Source: Nageia nagi | Taxonomy: Eukaryota; Plantae; Pinophyta | Direction of reading: 5' to 3' | Length of the DNA: 64,000 bases | Assembly: GCA_050084985.1 (NCBI GenBank) | Contig: JBITNC010000001.1 | Location: forward strand, 158,658,001 to 158,722,000 | Shown: positions 13,817 to 28,700 of the stretch, piece after piece | Position numbering within the stretch: position 1 is the first letter of the stretch | Layout: each line of letters starts with the position of its first letter | Translations under genes and position numbers: made by a program | The notes under the pieces: generated by a model | Told to the model about the DNA's origin: nothing | Seen by the model: the letters and a program-made list of their open reading frames with translations, nothing else | The model's database searches: none

Positions 13817-16800
13817 TGTCAACCTAAAAAGGAGTTTTAATTTTATTAAAATATATATTTTAGGTATTTGTAGTAATTAATTTATTTAAGTGATTCATTA
13901 CCCCTTTTATTTTGTATAATAATATACCTTTATATTTTATGATAATAGTTCAGGTCAGAGATAATCCCATGGAGTCTTGGACCACGTACACCATAAGCCC
14001 AAGAAGGAGCCTTGTCACTTGACCTTCTATCTATAAAGGTGGAGGGGTTGTGCATTAAAAGTCATCATATGATCTAGAATCCTTGATAGGTAGCAGTATA
14101 CTTGTGTCATTATTGACTGGTGTTTCTTAATACCACCTATCATATCCAAATTTTGGTACACTCTAAGTTCTATAATCATGTGATCCTTTCGAGATAATTA
14201 TGCACAATATTTCAAGCATCAAAGGTATCTTAATGACATCGAGACATATTATGAGGTAATTTGAAATGGTAGCTAAGAGATGATTCTAGAATTTTAGTTA
14301 TGTCATTGGGTTGAGGAAAAATTGGTGACTCCATGAAATAAAGCAGCTCATTGTTGGTCCCCTTTGAGCCAAATATCACCTTTATTTATCATAACAAGTA
14401 TAAGTTTGTATCTTTTGTTAATCCACATTTTATAGGTCAAGTTCAATTAGGTAATATTAGATCATTTTCATCTTTTATGTTACTATTATTTAATTATTAT
14501 TTAGTTAAATTGATTATCTTACATAACCCTAGTAAATTATTATTTTAGTTATAATAATTGATGAACTTGACTTTTCTTCTCACATCACTTTATGCTTCAC
14601 TAGTTATACCAAAAACCCTAGGTTTTTGATAGGATTGATATTGTATTCAAGTATTTTAGAGATGTAACTAATTGAATTTATTATCATGGTAAATAGATTT
14701 GATAATAATACTAAAACCAATTTGAAGATGATGTTATAAGGTGATGATGGAAGGACACAAAAAAAAAGATATTTCAAATGTGTCAAGGGATTCAAATTCC
14801 CTATGTTATGATATAAAAAATTAAAAGGCACCAAACCTTCAAGTAGAACCAATTTTTTACTCATATTTAGAAGGAGATACTATGGTTCATACCAAGTATT
14901 TCAAGATGAAGTTTGAATTTAAGTTTAGAGTAAATGATAGTTTAATGGTAAAGTATTTTCCAACTACTTTAAAGGGTGATTATCTAAATTAGTATTTTTC
15001 TTTACCCTCCAAGTCAATTAATTATTATGCACAACTCTTTTTTGAATTTTATATGCATTTTAAACATAGAACTCCTAGGCAAGTTATTATTTTTTATTTA
15101 ATGAATACTAAGAAAACACCAAATAAGAGATTAGAAAAGATTTCTAAAATATTTCAAAAAAATTGTAGTATGATTAAGGATCCTTCGTTAGAAGCACATG
15201 TAAAGGCCATGTTTGTTCATAATATTCATCCTAAATTGGGGTTTATAGCTATGGATTATATGGATTTTTCTTTTTCTAACATTGTTCATAAGTCAATTCA
15301 AAAAGAGGAGTGTATGGTGGAATTTGGAAAATTAAAGTATGATAATTCATCCAAAGATTTAAAAAATCCATATGTAAAGAAATAATCTAGACATTTACAA
15401 GTAGTTAAGGGGGCCCATACACTGAGAGACAATGTACCAAATAGTGGTGTCGCTCCATGAGAGAATAGTGACAAAGAAGATTTGATACTCCTTCTTATCC
15501 CTAAAGCCATGTATGAATATTTCTTATAACAAGGCTTGATAAAGCCAAATATAATGCAAGAGTTAGGATAAGATGATCCAAACATAAGTTGTTATAATAA
15601 AAATAAGTTAATAAATAATATAAATGTTAATATAACCTATGAAACTCCCTCACAAGTATCATGCTCAAAATATGACCAGGATGAAATTAGTGTGTTTAAG
15701 TTTCTCCAAATATCTCCTATGCATAGAGAAGCTTACTTATGTATTATAAGAAGCACAAATGTATACAATCATATTTCAATAGATGATTTTTTCAAAAATG
15801 ATTTAACCAAATATAAAAAATACTATCAAAGATAATGAGGTACCAAATAAGGAACATTAAATAGAAAAATAATAATCAATTGAGAAAATAGAGAAAGAAC
15901 AAGATGTAGTAATTGATTTAGGCCTAGGAGCAGTTACTTTTGATGACATCAATGTTTTGTAAGAATTCAAGAAGTTTGACGGTATGCATAGCTCAAAAGA
16001 AATAAAGTGACACCACTCTACAAAAGAGGAATTTGAGTAGAAATGCTTAGTATATGAAGTAAATTATGAAACTTAAAAGGCCCAAAATGTATATTATATT
16101 GATCCAAGTGAAAAAAGTGATTCAAAAGCAACATAATCAATCACAACATTTTCTGAGTATTCTAAGAATTTGAAGTGTAAGAATAATATAAAAAGAAATT
16201 TAAAAATAATAGAAAAATAAGAAAGTGTACAACAAAAGATAAATATGACTTAGCACACATTTATATGATAGGTTCATACCGTATGCAGAAAGGTAAACAT
16301 GTTACTCTTGTATTCAAGGACATTGATGCTCTTCTCTAATTCTTAGGGGAAAAATATCCCCTAATTAAAATTAAGTTTAGATATTATTCTTGAATTTGAT
16401 CTACATAGTTCATTTGATTACCTTGGGTACTTGGGGCAAAAATTACTTGATGATTCTCTTAGTTTATTCTCATCTCTTGCATACTTAGGGTAATAAGTAA
16501 TTGATAATTATCTTATTTATGATAATCCTTATGCTTTGATAAGTATGTGATAATCCTATGATATGATAAATGAATAAGTTTTATATGAGATACTAATGTT
16601 ATGCATCTAAAATGATTTTATGTTTAAATTAATTTTTTTCATTATTTATATTTTATTTGTTTTTCCTAACTATGTTTATAGGAAATTAAGTGTAAATTCT
16701 CATGACACCACTAGGTTTTGAGTGGCATTGCTATATTACTAAAATATAAATCAATTATTTTTCACAAATGATGCTTCTCCTAAGGGTAAGTGAAGGAAAT

Positions 16801-17720
16801 ATGCATTATTCCTTACTCTTTTGTAAAGTGTAATCTTTGGTATTGCAAAAATTATTTATCATAATCTTGCTTTTTATATTTTTATCATATCATGTTTTGC
16901 ATATCACACTTTTCATATAATATAAATGTTTTTTTATATCATTCTTATCATTGGTATGTCTATAAGGGAGGGGAACTCTTATCATTTATCCCTCTATAAG
17001 GGAGAGGAATTATTATCAAAATCCATGCAATAATGGTGGCTTGTGAAGGTGGTGATGTACATTATTCTACTCTCTAGGTATTTCCTCATATCATGATGTT
17101 AATTGGTAAACCTTTATCATTTAGTTGAGGTAGCAAGTCCTTAACTAATTGGATTATAATTTTTTTTGTCTTTGTATTGGGGTTCTCCTATGTTGAGTAG
17201 TTCAACATGTTGCAATGAAGACAAAGAAGGGGCATAATATTGAAGAAAATTGGGGCATCTAAAGCTATCATCATGAGGATATTTTTTTAAGAAATATTTT
17301 TATGATTATCTTTTTATAAGTTGAATTTATGTTTTGATTTTATTTTATCCTAAAAGTATCAAATCATATTCAAAGTGGGACATTTATTAACATACAAAAA
17401 GGAATTTTAATTTAATTAAAATACACATTTTAGGTATTTATAATAATTCATTTATTTAAGTAATTTAATACCCATTTGATTATGCATACTCATCTACCAT
17501 TATGTTTTATGATAACAAGTTAGTTTGAAGATAAGACCAAGAAGGATTCTTGGCCTACATGCACAATAAGCCTAAAGAAAAGCCTTGGCACTAGACCTAC
17601 TATCTATAAAGATGGAAGGTTTGTGCATGCAAAATCATGACATGATCCAAAATCCTTGATTGGAAGTAATATATTTGTGTCATTCTTGACTGGTGTTTCT
17701 TAATGCCAAATATCATATCT
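13817..17720 (+). mobile_element. About 3.9-kb pol-less Ogre-like LTR element: 5' LTR 13817-~14320, gag ~14700-15850, 3' LTR 17385-17720 (truncated)
   Basis: 13817-14145 is directly repeated at 17385-17720. PBS TGGTGACTCCA at 14323-14333 is a deaminated form of the Ogre-type TGGCGACTCCA. Purine tract AAAGTGGG precedes the 3' LTR. gag motifs: DSLMVKYFPTTLKG, YFSLPSKSI, ISVFKFLQISPMHREA. Confidence 0.8.
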
Positions 17721-17721
17721 A

Positions 17722-18760
17722 GCAAATAATTTATTCAAACATCTTAATATTCAAGAACAAGTTAGGCAAAAATGCCATTAAGAAATATATGTATGCAATG
17801 GATGATAGAGGTTTTACCTAATCTAGGATTATGCTCCAAGTCTTACCAAAATGGATATTGAAATTTGTGATAGAATATTAAACATATTTCTTTATCATGG
17901 TAAAAAAGGAATAACAATATATGATGTCATCAAACTATTTGATAAATATTTCAACAAGATTTCACCAAGCTATAATAGAGGCATATGATAAGCATCGATA
18001 CCAATATAGTATCTTTCCTGTGAAGAATTGTGTTAGCAATCTTACCATTAAATTTTCTTCAAAAATATTATGTGTTCTATTGATAGAAATCACATTAAGA
18101 TAATGCTCATAAGTAGTCTTCTCAGTACTATTATAGTTTGGGAGAGACATTAGGGCATTGGATGGAATGATTATTGGATTAATCAATTTCAATGGACTAG
18201 TTGTATTCCACTTAAGGTAAATCTATGTTATTTCTTAAGTAGCAATTGTATCTACTATATTGAATGATAGAAGCAAGGTTTGAGCATAGTCTTAGCTTGA
18301 ACTAGAATATCAACTAATGAATTAGTCCTTACAATAGGTTTTTTAGCTTTTAGATCAATTTTCATAACACTCAAAAATATATTTACTTTCCTTAGCTTTA
18401 GATCTTGTGAACATGAACACAAATTAAACTTTGGCAAAATTTCTATCTCACTACTAAGTTCATTCCGAAAGCTAGTTGTGTTGGAGATAATAATAATGAA
18501 CACAACTAACCTTATTTTATAGAGTCACTAATAAAATCCTTATGGACCTTATATCTTTGAAAATGAGTATGATGAGGTCCCACCAAGCATTGTAGAAAAC
18601 TAATTATTGATCAAATTATGTAATATTCATGCATTCATGTATCATAATCAATTGATTCAATAATGATAAACTACTTTTCCAATTCCAAACTTTAGTATGA
18701 AGGTTGATGCCTTATCTATTGGGTAGGAGTCCTCTTAGGGGAGGATATACTATACTACTA
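17722..18760 (-). mobile_element. Ty3/gypsy gag fragment and leader
   Basis: ORF 17962..18192: LPNYNST...EENLMVRLLTQFFTGKILYWYRCLSYASIIAW (retrotrans_gag pattern). Confidence 0.7.
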
Positions 18761-21199
18761 TCTAAAAGAGTAGCGTGTAGGAAAGAAATAAAATATAAGA
18801 GTGCAAAAAAGTAATTAAAATTGATATCCTTGATGAGTGTGGGATTTCTTATGTATAATAGTTGGAAGGATATACAAATTAATAGCCATAAATCAATATC
18901 ATCTCTACTAGCAATATTATACAAATATGACACTATCATACACTAATTCAATATTAGCCCATGAAGTCATAAAGCATACATAAAAGTATATAGAAAGAAT
19001 TAAGTATATATAATAAAATAATTGAGGAAAGATCAAATGTGTCATACTTATATTTAAAAAATAGCTTTAGTATTATTGGATAGGTAAAACACTTAAAATG
19101 TTTGACCTTGATTGCATAAAATTACCTTGTATTTATAGGTAGAAATACATCAAAACATCTTGAAATATAAATTCAAATGTAAATAATACTAGCAGCCATC
19201 AACTAGTTACATATAAATGAAAATGAAACTAAACTTTAGAGGAATATTTATAATACTATTGTATCCCTTTCATGCAACATGCATGACTCTCTTGATTTGG
19301 TGGTACTTTGTAGCCATTCAACCCCTTAAGATATCTTTTCAATTACTATTGCTACTACAACTACTTATTCTATATTTAGGATCACCTTGGGGTCTTTTTT
19401 CAGATGAGTTTACTATTCCTTAAGAAATTTGCATTTATGGTTATGGATGAACCATAGATTTTACCTCCTTTAGTAGTTTTAGTTTCTATCCTCTACCATT
19501 CTCTCTCTCTTTTCCATAGGATTGATTCTAGACTAGATTCTTGAGCCTTAATGAATTTTGCACTTAGTTTACTTGTCATCCAAACTAATTAATATCTTTT
19601 GAGCCTTTATACTTTAGCTTTAAACTCTTACTGGCTGTCCAACTCTATGTTTTTGATGTATCATCTTCTTCTTCAACCTAGAATCAATGTTAAATTGACT
19701 AATATGGTATTGCTAACATCATTGCTTTAACTTACAAGATCTTTGGGCCTTCACATGCTATCTCTACTTATGTCTTATGCTTGTAACTCTTACCAGCAAT
19801 TAGGGTTAATATTTTTGATATCATCTACCTTATACCCTAAACTATTAGTTCAAACATCAATTTATTAGCCTTTATTGATATCATTCATTCAATTGATTGG
19901 TCATTCGGGAATTTGTATGCTCTTTTATATTTGTATTCTAATTCTAATGCTTCATTAGATTCTAAGCTTTAAATAAATTATATCATCATCTAGGAACCCA
20001 CATAATTAGTTTAAATATATTGATTATTTGGATCGACTAATTTCCTCTATTGTTAACAATTCATTTTTATTTGCCTTATCATTTAACAATACACAACTCA
20101 TCCACCTATGATGTCATCTTCTTAAGGATACCAAACTTAATACATTTGAATTATTTTTCCTCTTGGATGCTTTGCTTGATTCCTTTGGTGATGTTATCAT
20201 ATAACATTACTCCTTTCACTTATATATAAGCCTTGATCAAGCTCCTGAGAAGCCTTATAAAGTACATACTAAAACTATTCATATTTGAACACTAAAAACA
20301 CAATATATAAGGTAACAAATATTGAATTTTCTTATATTTATATACAATAATATCATGAATCTATGGTAATATCATGTATCTAATATTTATGATTTTATCT
20401 ACATCAATATCATACTTATCATAACATTTTTTTAAAACTAGATTCTTATAATCATGTCATTGCTACATATAATCTACAAGTTCAAGGAAAGAACCAATTA
20501 TATCATTTTTCATATCATATAATGTCATTAGATATTGTACCAAACTCTTCATTGAGTTTAATTGGATTAAATACTCACATCCTACACATTTTATTGGGTC
20601 CTGATGTCTTAAAGACTCAAGGGTGTATCCTACTTATTATTATTAGATATAAGGTCTATTGAAAGGTATTTTGTTTATATGATTATAGGCATAAAGATCA
20701 AAATAAGGTTGATCACACCAAAGGAAAATATAATTTTCATTTCAAACAAACTCCAAGATCCACATACATTGGTAAAGCATTTGAGGTATTATTTTTTATA
20801 ATGGTTTCAATTTTAGTAGCGAGAAGTTATATAATTATACCTTATTATAATTTTTCCTTTGTATCTTGATGGATATTTCTGCCTTATATGCTTCCAAATA
20901 CCATTATTTGCACTTGAATTTGATTTTTTGTAAATGATTTTATAATATGATTTGTAGGTTAAGTCAAAATATCTATTAAAATCCTTTGATGGAGTATTAG
21001 CATTTTAGGTAATGATTTTCTTTCTTAATTATTTTTTGGATATTATCTCTAGAGTTCGTCATTATTTCATATGTTATGTTGTATTGAATAGGGATGTTTT
21101 ATGTAGGTTTATGAATGCTTTAATGTTTAGACCATCATGAATCCTAATGTAATATTGACATAAATCAAGAGGAAGAAGAATAAAAGATTCATTCTCTTA

Positions 21200-21850
21200 T
21201 ACTTTTACAAGGTTTTTATATTAAATTTATGGTTTGCAGTGAGTCTAGTTTAATTATCAACTTATGTAGATAAGTTTTTAATTCAATATAGAATATTAAT
21301 AATATCTATATAATGATTATCCCATTAATAATGCAATAATATGGGCTCATTCTATTAATGTATTTGCAACCCTCATCCATGATACCTACATGGTCATATG
21401 CAAGTAGAATACATACAAAGGTTATTCTAATAGATTTTATTACCAAGTGCTTCATTAGATCAAATAATTTAAGGATATCCTTTCTTCATACATGAATTAT
21501 ATATCTGAAAATCATTGCATTCTATGAAACTATATCTACATCATATATGTTCTCCACTTATTACATTGCATAGAACTATATCTTATATTTCAAAATTATA
21601 GTCTCAACTATTATTGAGTTCTCTATATTTCTATATTATAAACTAAGTTTTGATTCATGATTCAACTAAATTTATTGAATTATTTCCTTTTTTATTTGCA
21701 TGGATGTAAACATCTAAACCTTCAAAAGTTTCTTGTATATCTAGAGCATTTGTAATATTTATTCAAATTAATCTAAAACTAGTCAATTGCATTTTCCAAC
21801 AATGTTTGATAGTGTCTAAATCATCTCCTATGATCATTACATTTTAGTAG
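21200..21850 (-). pseudogene. PLS-class PPR gene fragment A
   Basis: DVDIVS*NAMI...KDILKLFDLMKHLVIKSIRITFVCILLAYDHVGIMDEGCKYINRMSPYYCII matches the P2-L2 repeats of PLS PPR proteins. Confidence 0.8.
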
Positions 21851-22770
21851 TGAGAGTGACTAATAAATGGGGTTTGGCACTTGGTTCTATTGTTAAATTA
21901 AATTATATCTTATAGATTTATAGTGATGCATTTTATATAATGGAATATCATTTCTTTACCTAAACACATCCTTGGCCATTCTTAGAACACTATGTACTTG
22001 AATTCTAGTAGCAAATATGGATTCATGAAGTTAGCATTTTGTTTTATAAAATTGTAAAATAAATGTGATGCTTGTATAACTACTCATAAAGACCTAAAAG
22101 GGTAGTTTAACATAAAATAATAAGATAAGATAATTTTAAAGCAATTATAAACAATCATTATAGGTTTTTGACCTTTTTAATTATAGCTATATAATTTAAA
22201 GAGAAATAACTAACATGCAAGATCTTTAAGGATGAATATATAGAACCCTTAAGTATCAATATAATATCATTTAACTATTTTAACAAATGGTAAAGGAATA
22301 ATGCATATGGTATTTAACTCCAATACATTTTTTCTGTGGTTGAACACATAAATGGGCATAATATTTAGAGATTTTAGCTTATGCTATTGTTTTGAGGTTT
22401 CTCTTTTCTCTTTTATTTCTTTAAATTCATTTACAATTAACCCAATCATAGTAGTTAAGAAAAAATTAATAGTAATGGATGAAATAAGATTTGTGTTAAT
22501 GGTGGTGGTTAGATTACATTGCAGTATGGCTCTAGACATAGATTTGGTTTGAGTGATAAAAGTGGTAATGATGGAAATAGTTAAATCTATGGTGTTGGAT
22601 TATTTTCATTATGGATAAGGTGTGAACAAAGGGGTGGTTAAGTGGGTAGAATAAAGAGTACTACATGAATTAATTTAGCTATAATATTTATGTTTGGTTT
22701 ATGTAATTGATTAGAGTTATTATTGGGAAGACTCATCTATGGGGTTTAATGGGCTTTTAGAGGAAAAGGT

Positions 22771-25700
22771 TAAAGGAACTAACACTAACACATAATTCCT
22801 AAAGGACGAAGATCAAATGGAAGCTCACTCATTCAACATTAATAACTCAATCATAAACACTCTCACAAGATAGCTCAAGAGATAAAGTGGTTCCTCCAAC
22901 TAGAAGTACATCTACTAACTAGATCTTACTCCATTCACAAACATGACCCTCTTACAAATCTCCTAATCTCATCTTGTAAACACTATCTTATAGCATAAAT
23001 TTACTCCACAAATTGGTGTGTGATCACAAATAAGAAGCTTTCTATTTATAGGCCAAAATCCCTCTTTCAATCATCCTTTTACCCAATGTACAAATGCATG
23101 ACATGCAACACCCTTTTACCCAAGGGGTTTTGCTCAAGACATAGAGTGTAGGATAAGTTACATTATCATTTTCACTTAAGTACTTAAGGTATCTAATGAT
23201 ACTCTTAAGTATTAGTAAATTTACAAATATGATTATTACAAGAACCTTTACAATAATGCATTATACATTCCAACACTCTCGCTTAATGCAATATTGGGAT
23301 AGAGTGAATAAGAGAGAAGAAAGAGGGAGAGAGTAAGAGAGTTATCCTCCAAATATATACAACTAAAGATGAGAACTTTTTACATATTTATGAAGTAAGA
23401 AAGATCTAGTTTGAGACTCACTACTTTACCATTTTAACAAATGGTTTACAATACAATCATTAGCCACAATTGGTTTCAATATACATAATGTAGTCATCCA
23501 TCTAGAAGTCATGATGAGTCTCCATGAGCCTATACACTTGAAGAAAGTAACTTGTAATCATAAGTAGCTCAAACAATAAGATCAATTAGATGCAACATAA
23601 TTGTATCAACAAGGATAGATGTATCAAATAAATATTATCATAAACTGATCAATGGTGCACTATATATCATCATAAATATGCCAAGCTAAAACTCATAGTC
23701 ACCTACTTTATACAAAACATGTGTTGATTATCATTGCAAAGTAGAGCAAAATAAAATACACATACGAGTTCTTCACATATGGATAACTAAATAGTACCAA
23801 AATACACATTCAAGTTCCTCACACATGGATAACTAAATAGTGCTACATTGGCCAATCTTTTGATCTAAAAAATTTATACAACATGTTCCTCATACAGAGA
23901 GAACTTACAACAAAGGTGTACAACAAAATCAACACTATACAACAAAAAATCCTCCTAGGGATAAAGTTGTTATCACAAACATGAATTCAACATAAGAATT
24001 CAAACTTCACTCCCATTTGAGGGTAACTTCAGCAACCCAATAATATCCCTAAGCTTATGGAATTAAGCTTTAGAAAGGAGGTTGGTGAACAAATCAACAA
24101 AGTTCAAGGTTGATGGATAATACTCTAGGTGTATGATGCCATCAAGAACTTTCTCTCTAATGAAATGGGCTTGGATTTCCACATGTTTTGTTCTTTGATG
24201 GAACACAAGATTCTTAGCCAAAGAAATAACCAACTAATTTTTTGAAAAAATCAAATATGAACTAGTTTGCTCATACCCAATTTCTTTTAGAATATGCTTT
24301 AGCTAAATAGCTTCTTGGGATGCAATAGTCATGGTATGGTATTTAGATTCTATGGTGGAAAGAGAAATAGTAGGTTGCTTCTTAGAATCCCAAGAGATAA
24401 CATCTAAACCAATGCTAAAAACATATTTAGAGGTTGAATTCTTATCATCTCTACCTCCTTCATAGTTAGAGTTTGAGAACCTTGAGAGAATAAACATGGG
24501 TAACATAGAATACTTGAGAGCAAGATCCTTCATTTTTGAAATAGATTTAAAGATTTTCTTAATAGCATTAAGGTACTTAACATATGATTTTTACATGAAT
24601 CATGCTATTAAATTAATTACCTATAAGCTATAGCATTAGCCAACTGAAAGTTGGAGCTAAGAGAAATAATGATTCTAGGAGAGACTAGGATTGTAGCATA
24701 TCTACACTCCTTCATTCCAAAATTCTATAAGATGTATGATATATACTTTGATTAACTAAGATAAGTGCAATCCTTGTATTTATATACTTACATTCCAAGG
24801 TATTAGTACAAGAGACCAAGATCAATCATTTCAAACGTTGCCTTAAGTTTAGATATGCACTCTTGAATGATTTCATCATTATTTCTAGTAATCAAAAGAT
24901 CATCCACATAAAGGAGAATCAAGACCATGTCTTTTCCTTGATTGAGCACATATAAATTAGAGTTTAAAAAGCACTTGAAGAAACTAATGTTTGCAAAGTA
25001 CCCTAAAATCTTCTTGTACTAGACTCTAAGTGCTTGCTTAAGTTCATATAATGACTTTTTTAGTTTGCACACAAATGACTCTTTGCCTTTCCCAATACAC
25101 CCTTCTAGTTAATTCATGAAGATTTTCACATCTAAGTCACCATTGAAAAATGGACTCTTGATGTCAAGTTGAAAAAATTTCCATCCTTGAGTTGCTAAAA
25201 GAGAAATGATTATCCTCATAGTAGGCATCTTTTCCATGGGAGCAAAGGTTTACTCATAATCTACACCATATTTCTAAGCAAAACCTTTAGCTACTAACCT
25301 TACCTTGTATTTATCAATATCTTCAATTTAATTGTACTTGATCTTATAGATCCACTTATTTCTAATCACATTTTCTCAATGGGATAAGAAACCAAGTCCT
25401 AAGTTTTATTTTTCATAAGCATCTCATTCTCCACTTTCATGGCTTCTATCTAGCACTCATGCATAGAAGAATCTTTGCAATATGATGGCTCATTCTTGTT
25501 GTCAATTTTGAAAAATAAGGATTTGTTCATGATCATGCTCCTTATTACCCTTTGTATTGGAGAATTTTGCTCCTAAGGTGATTTGTTTACATCAATATCC
25601 AACTAGCTAGGTGCAATTGATGAGTAATCTAGATCATCAACATCCTTATTAGAAGTAGATTCTTTGGAAAGTTCATTGAAATTTCTATCCCTAGAGATGA

Positions 25701-28700
25701 ACACCCCTTTGTTAGATAGAGAGTAGAGCCTGTAGCCTCTATGCTGACTATCATAACCCACAAGGATGCATTTTTCAACTCTTATCTAACTTTTCCTTTT
25801 TCTCAAAAATAATGTAGGAGAATGCTTCACAACCAAACACCCTAAGGTGAGAAATGTTGGGTTTTATTTCTAACCTTGCCTCAAAAGAAGTTTTACCTTG
25901 AATAATTCTTGTGGAACACCTATTCAAAGTGTATAGAGTAGTACTCATAACTTCTCCCCATATGAAACTAAGAAGATTGCCCAACATGCATCTAGCCATG
26001 TACATAATTGTCCTATTTTTCCTTTCAACAACACCATTTTGCTGAGGAGTATATGGAATCATAAATTGCCTCTTGATTTCATACTTAGTGTAATAGACAT
26101 TGAATTCATTGCTATTATATTCTTCCCATTATTTTATCTCAACATCTTGATTTTAAGGTTAGTCTAATTTTCAACTAAGGCCTTAAAATTCTTAAAACTC
26201 TCAAAGGTTTGATCTTTATGCTCAAGTAGATAAAGTCATCCTACTAAAGTCATCAATGAAGGTCAAGATGTAACATGCTCCCCTAAGAGACTTAGTCTAA
26301 AATAGACTCATCAAATCTGAATGCACAAGTTGAAGAGGTTGAGCTGCTCTTATTGCTTTATCTTTTTCAAACCTTTATCTATTCATATTACCAAGGATGC
26401 ACTTTTCACATAGAACAATTGAATATGAAATTCAAGGTAAACCTTCTATAAGTTCTTAATTTTTTATGACTTGAATACTCTTGTGATTAAGGTGCTCTAA
26501 GTGTTGGTGCTAATGATTGCCTCTATAATATACATTTGTAGCAAGACACATCTTTGTTGGAACTTGATCCACAATGTAAAGATCATCTTTCACTTACCCT
26601 TTAACTAGTGTGGTAAGTCCTTTCTTAATGCACCATGATTGAGAGTTGAACTCAAAAGAGTACCATTTCCTTGCAACTTGAATCATAGAGAGAAGGTTCA
26701 TCCTAAGCTTAGGAACATAGAGCATATTTTCAAGAACCTTTCCATGAATCAACACACTCCCAATGCCTTGGAATTCTAAAATAGAATTATCACCTATCAT
26801 AACTGCATCTTTCTTATACTTTGTGAAAGTTCTCAAACTTGTCTTTTTCAAAGCATAGGTGATTAATGCAACCAAAATCATCAATATAATCAATCAAAAA
26901 AATATGATTCATGGAGTAGAGAGCAACAGTAAATCCAACTTTTATATTCTTGATTATTTCCATCAAACTTTGCCTTAGGATTTGGTTTGCTTGCCTTACT
27001 TTTTCCATCTCTTTTCTTGAAAATTTTTTTGTTGCCATTGTTGTCATTATTTTTGTGGTTACCATTGTTGTTGCCCCTTTTCTCAAACCTTTTGGAGGAA
27101 GAAGGATAAGATTTCTTATGATGATTGGAATTCTTCTTGAAAAGAGTTTTGGTTGCTCCTAGAGCAATATTATTATCCTTTAGAGAAGAAATCAACATCT
27201 TTTTGTTAAGATTTTTCTCATGCTTCAAAAGGAACCTAGAAAGATTCTCAAAGGAGAAGACTTCTTCTTCATCACTAAGCCTAGTTTTAATTACCATTAT
27301 AAAGTTACCAAATTTAAAAGAAATGCTTTGAAGAATGATTAAGATCATGAACTCATCATTGATCCAATTGCACCCATAAGTAACAAGTTGGGTCTTAAGG
27401 TCAATGATTTTGTTCAAGTAGATGGCAACATTTTCATCTTCCCCTTAATGAGATTGAAGCAATTTTTGAAGGATAGTAAACCTTCTAGAAAACTTAGATC
27501 CAAGATAAATCTTCTTATGCTTATCCCAATCTTCATTTGTTGAGGTTGAGGTTAAAATCATAAGGAGCACATCATCTAACATTGCATGGAAAATCATAGA
27601 GGTTGCTAACTCATTCTTCATGTTGTATGTCTTAAGTGCCTTCTCATTTGTAGGAGCAACTAGATTCTCATTCACTATTTACCAAATATTCCTTACCTAT
27701 AATTCAATTCTCATCCAAGGTTCCCAAATGCCAAAGTTGGAATCGTTAAGAATGTGCTTAGGTAAAAAGGTGTCTCTCATTTGCTACACAAGAATGTAAA
27801 TAAATAATAAGCATGCAATTCAAAAAATAACATTACATGTTAAGTTTTAATCTAAATAAATAATATATTTTAAATTTAACAACAAGGACATGCTTGATTT
27901 ATTTCACAAGAGTAGATGTTTACAACTCAAATATACATATAATGTACCCAAATATAAAGAACCATAGATGTAGGGTGACATTATTGAGGCTTATTTTTTT
28001 TTATCTAAAATTAGGCTTTCACCTAGATGCTTGCAAGGTGGAGCCTAGGTACTACCAATTCTCAACTAGTTCACCTTGGATAGTATTATACTCTCACAAG
28101 GAGAAGTACCTACTATTTTTCAATGTTATGCTGTTATTGGATTGGCCAACTTATTAACCTTGATTAAGTTTCAATTTTTCCTCCTAGGTTATCAGGATAA
28201 TCCCTAAATGGACATGCAAACATGTGGTATCACTACACATATGCCTGTCTACCTATTGGAGTTATATCTTGACCAATAGAGGACTTAGAGGCATTGATAG
28301 GCATAAAATTTTCACCATTTAGATCATTTTACTTAAAAGCTCTAGTCTATCTATCCTCATCTCATGGCTCCTCAAACAAGTCATGTTGCAGAATGTATTT
28401 ATGGATGTGTTCATTTTAGAGGGTTGCTCATTTCAATGTTTGTGATTTTGCATAAGTAAATAAAGCAAAAGTGTGAAATATGAAGTAAAAGAGTATAAGT
28501 AAAAACATCATCCATTTGTAATTTGAAACCTAAGAGTCCAATGGGTTTTATTTACTAACCCCTAAATGACATCTTTATATCAATCCTTATTTTACATAAG
28601 TCCATTACATACTTTGCATAAGGAAGTAAAATTAGGTAGTTATCAAATGCATCATTCCCATAACTTGCACAAGTCCAATTACTTTGTATAAGAATAAAAT

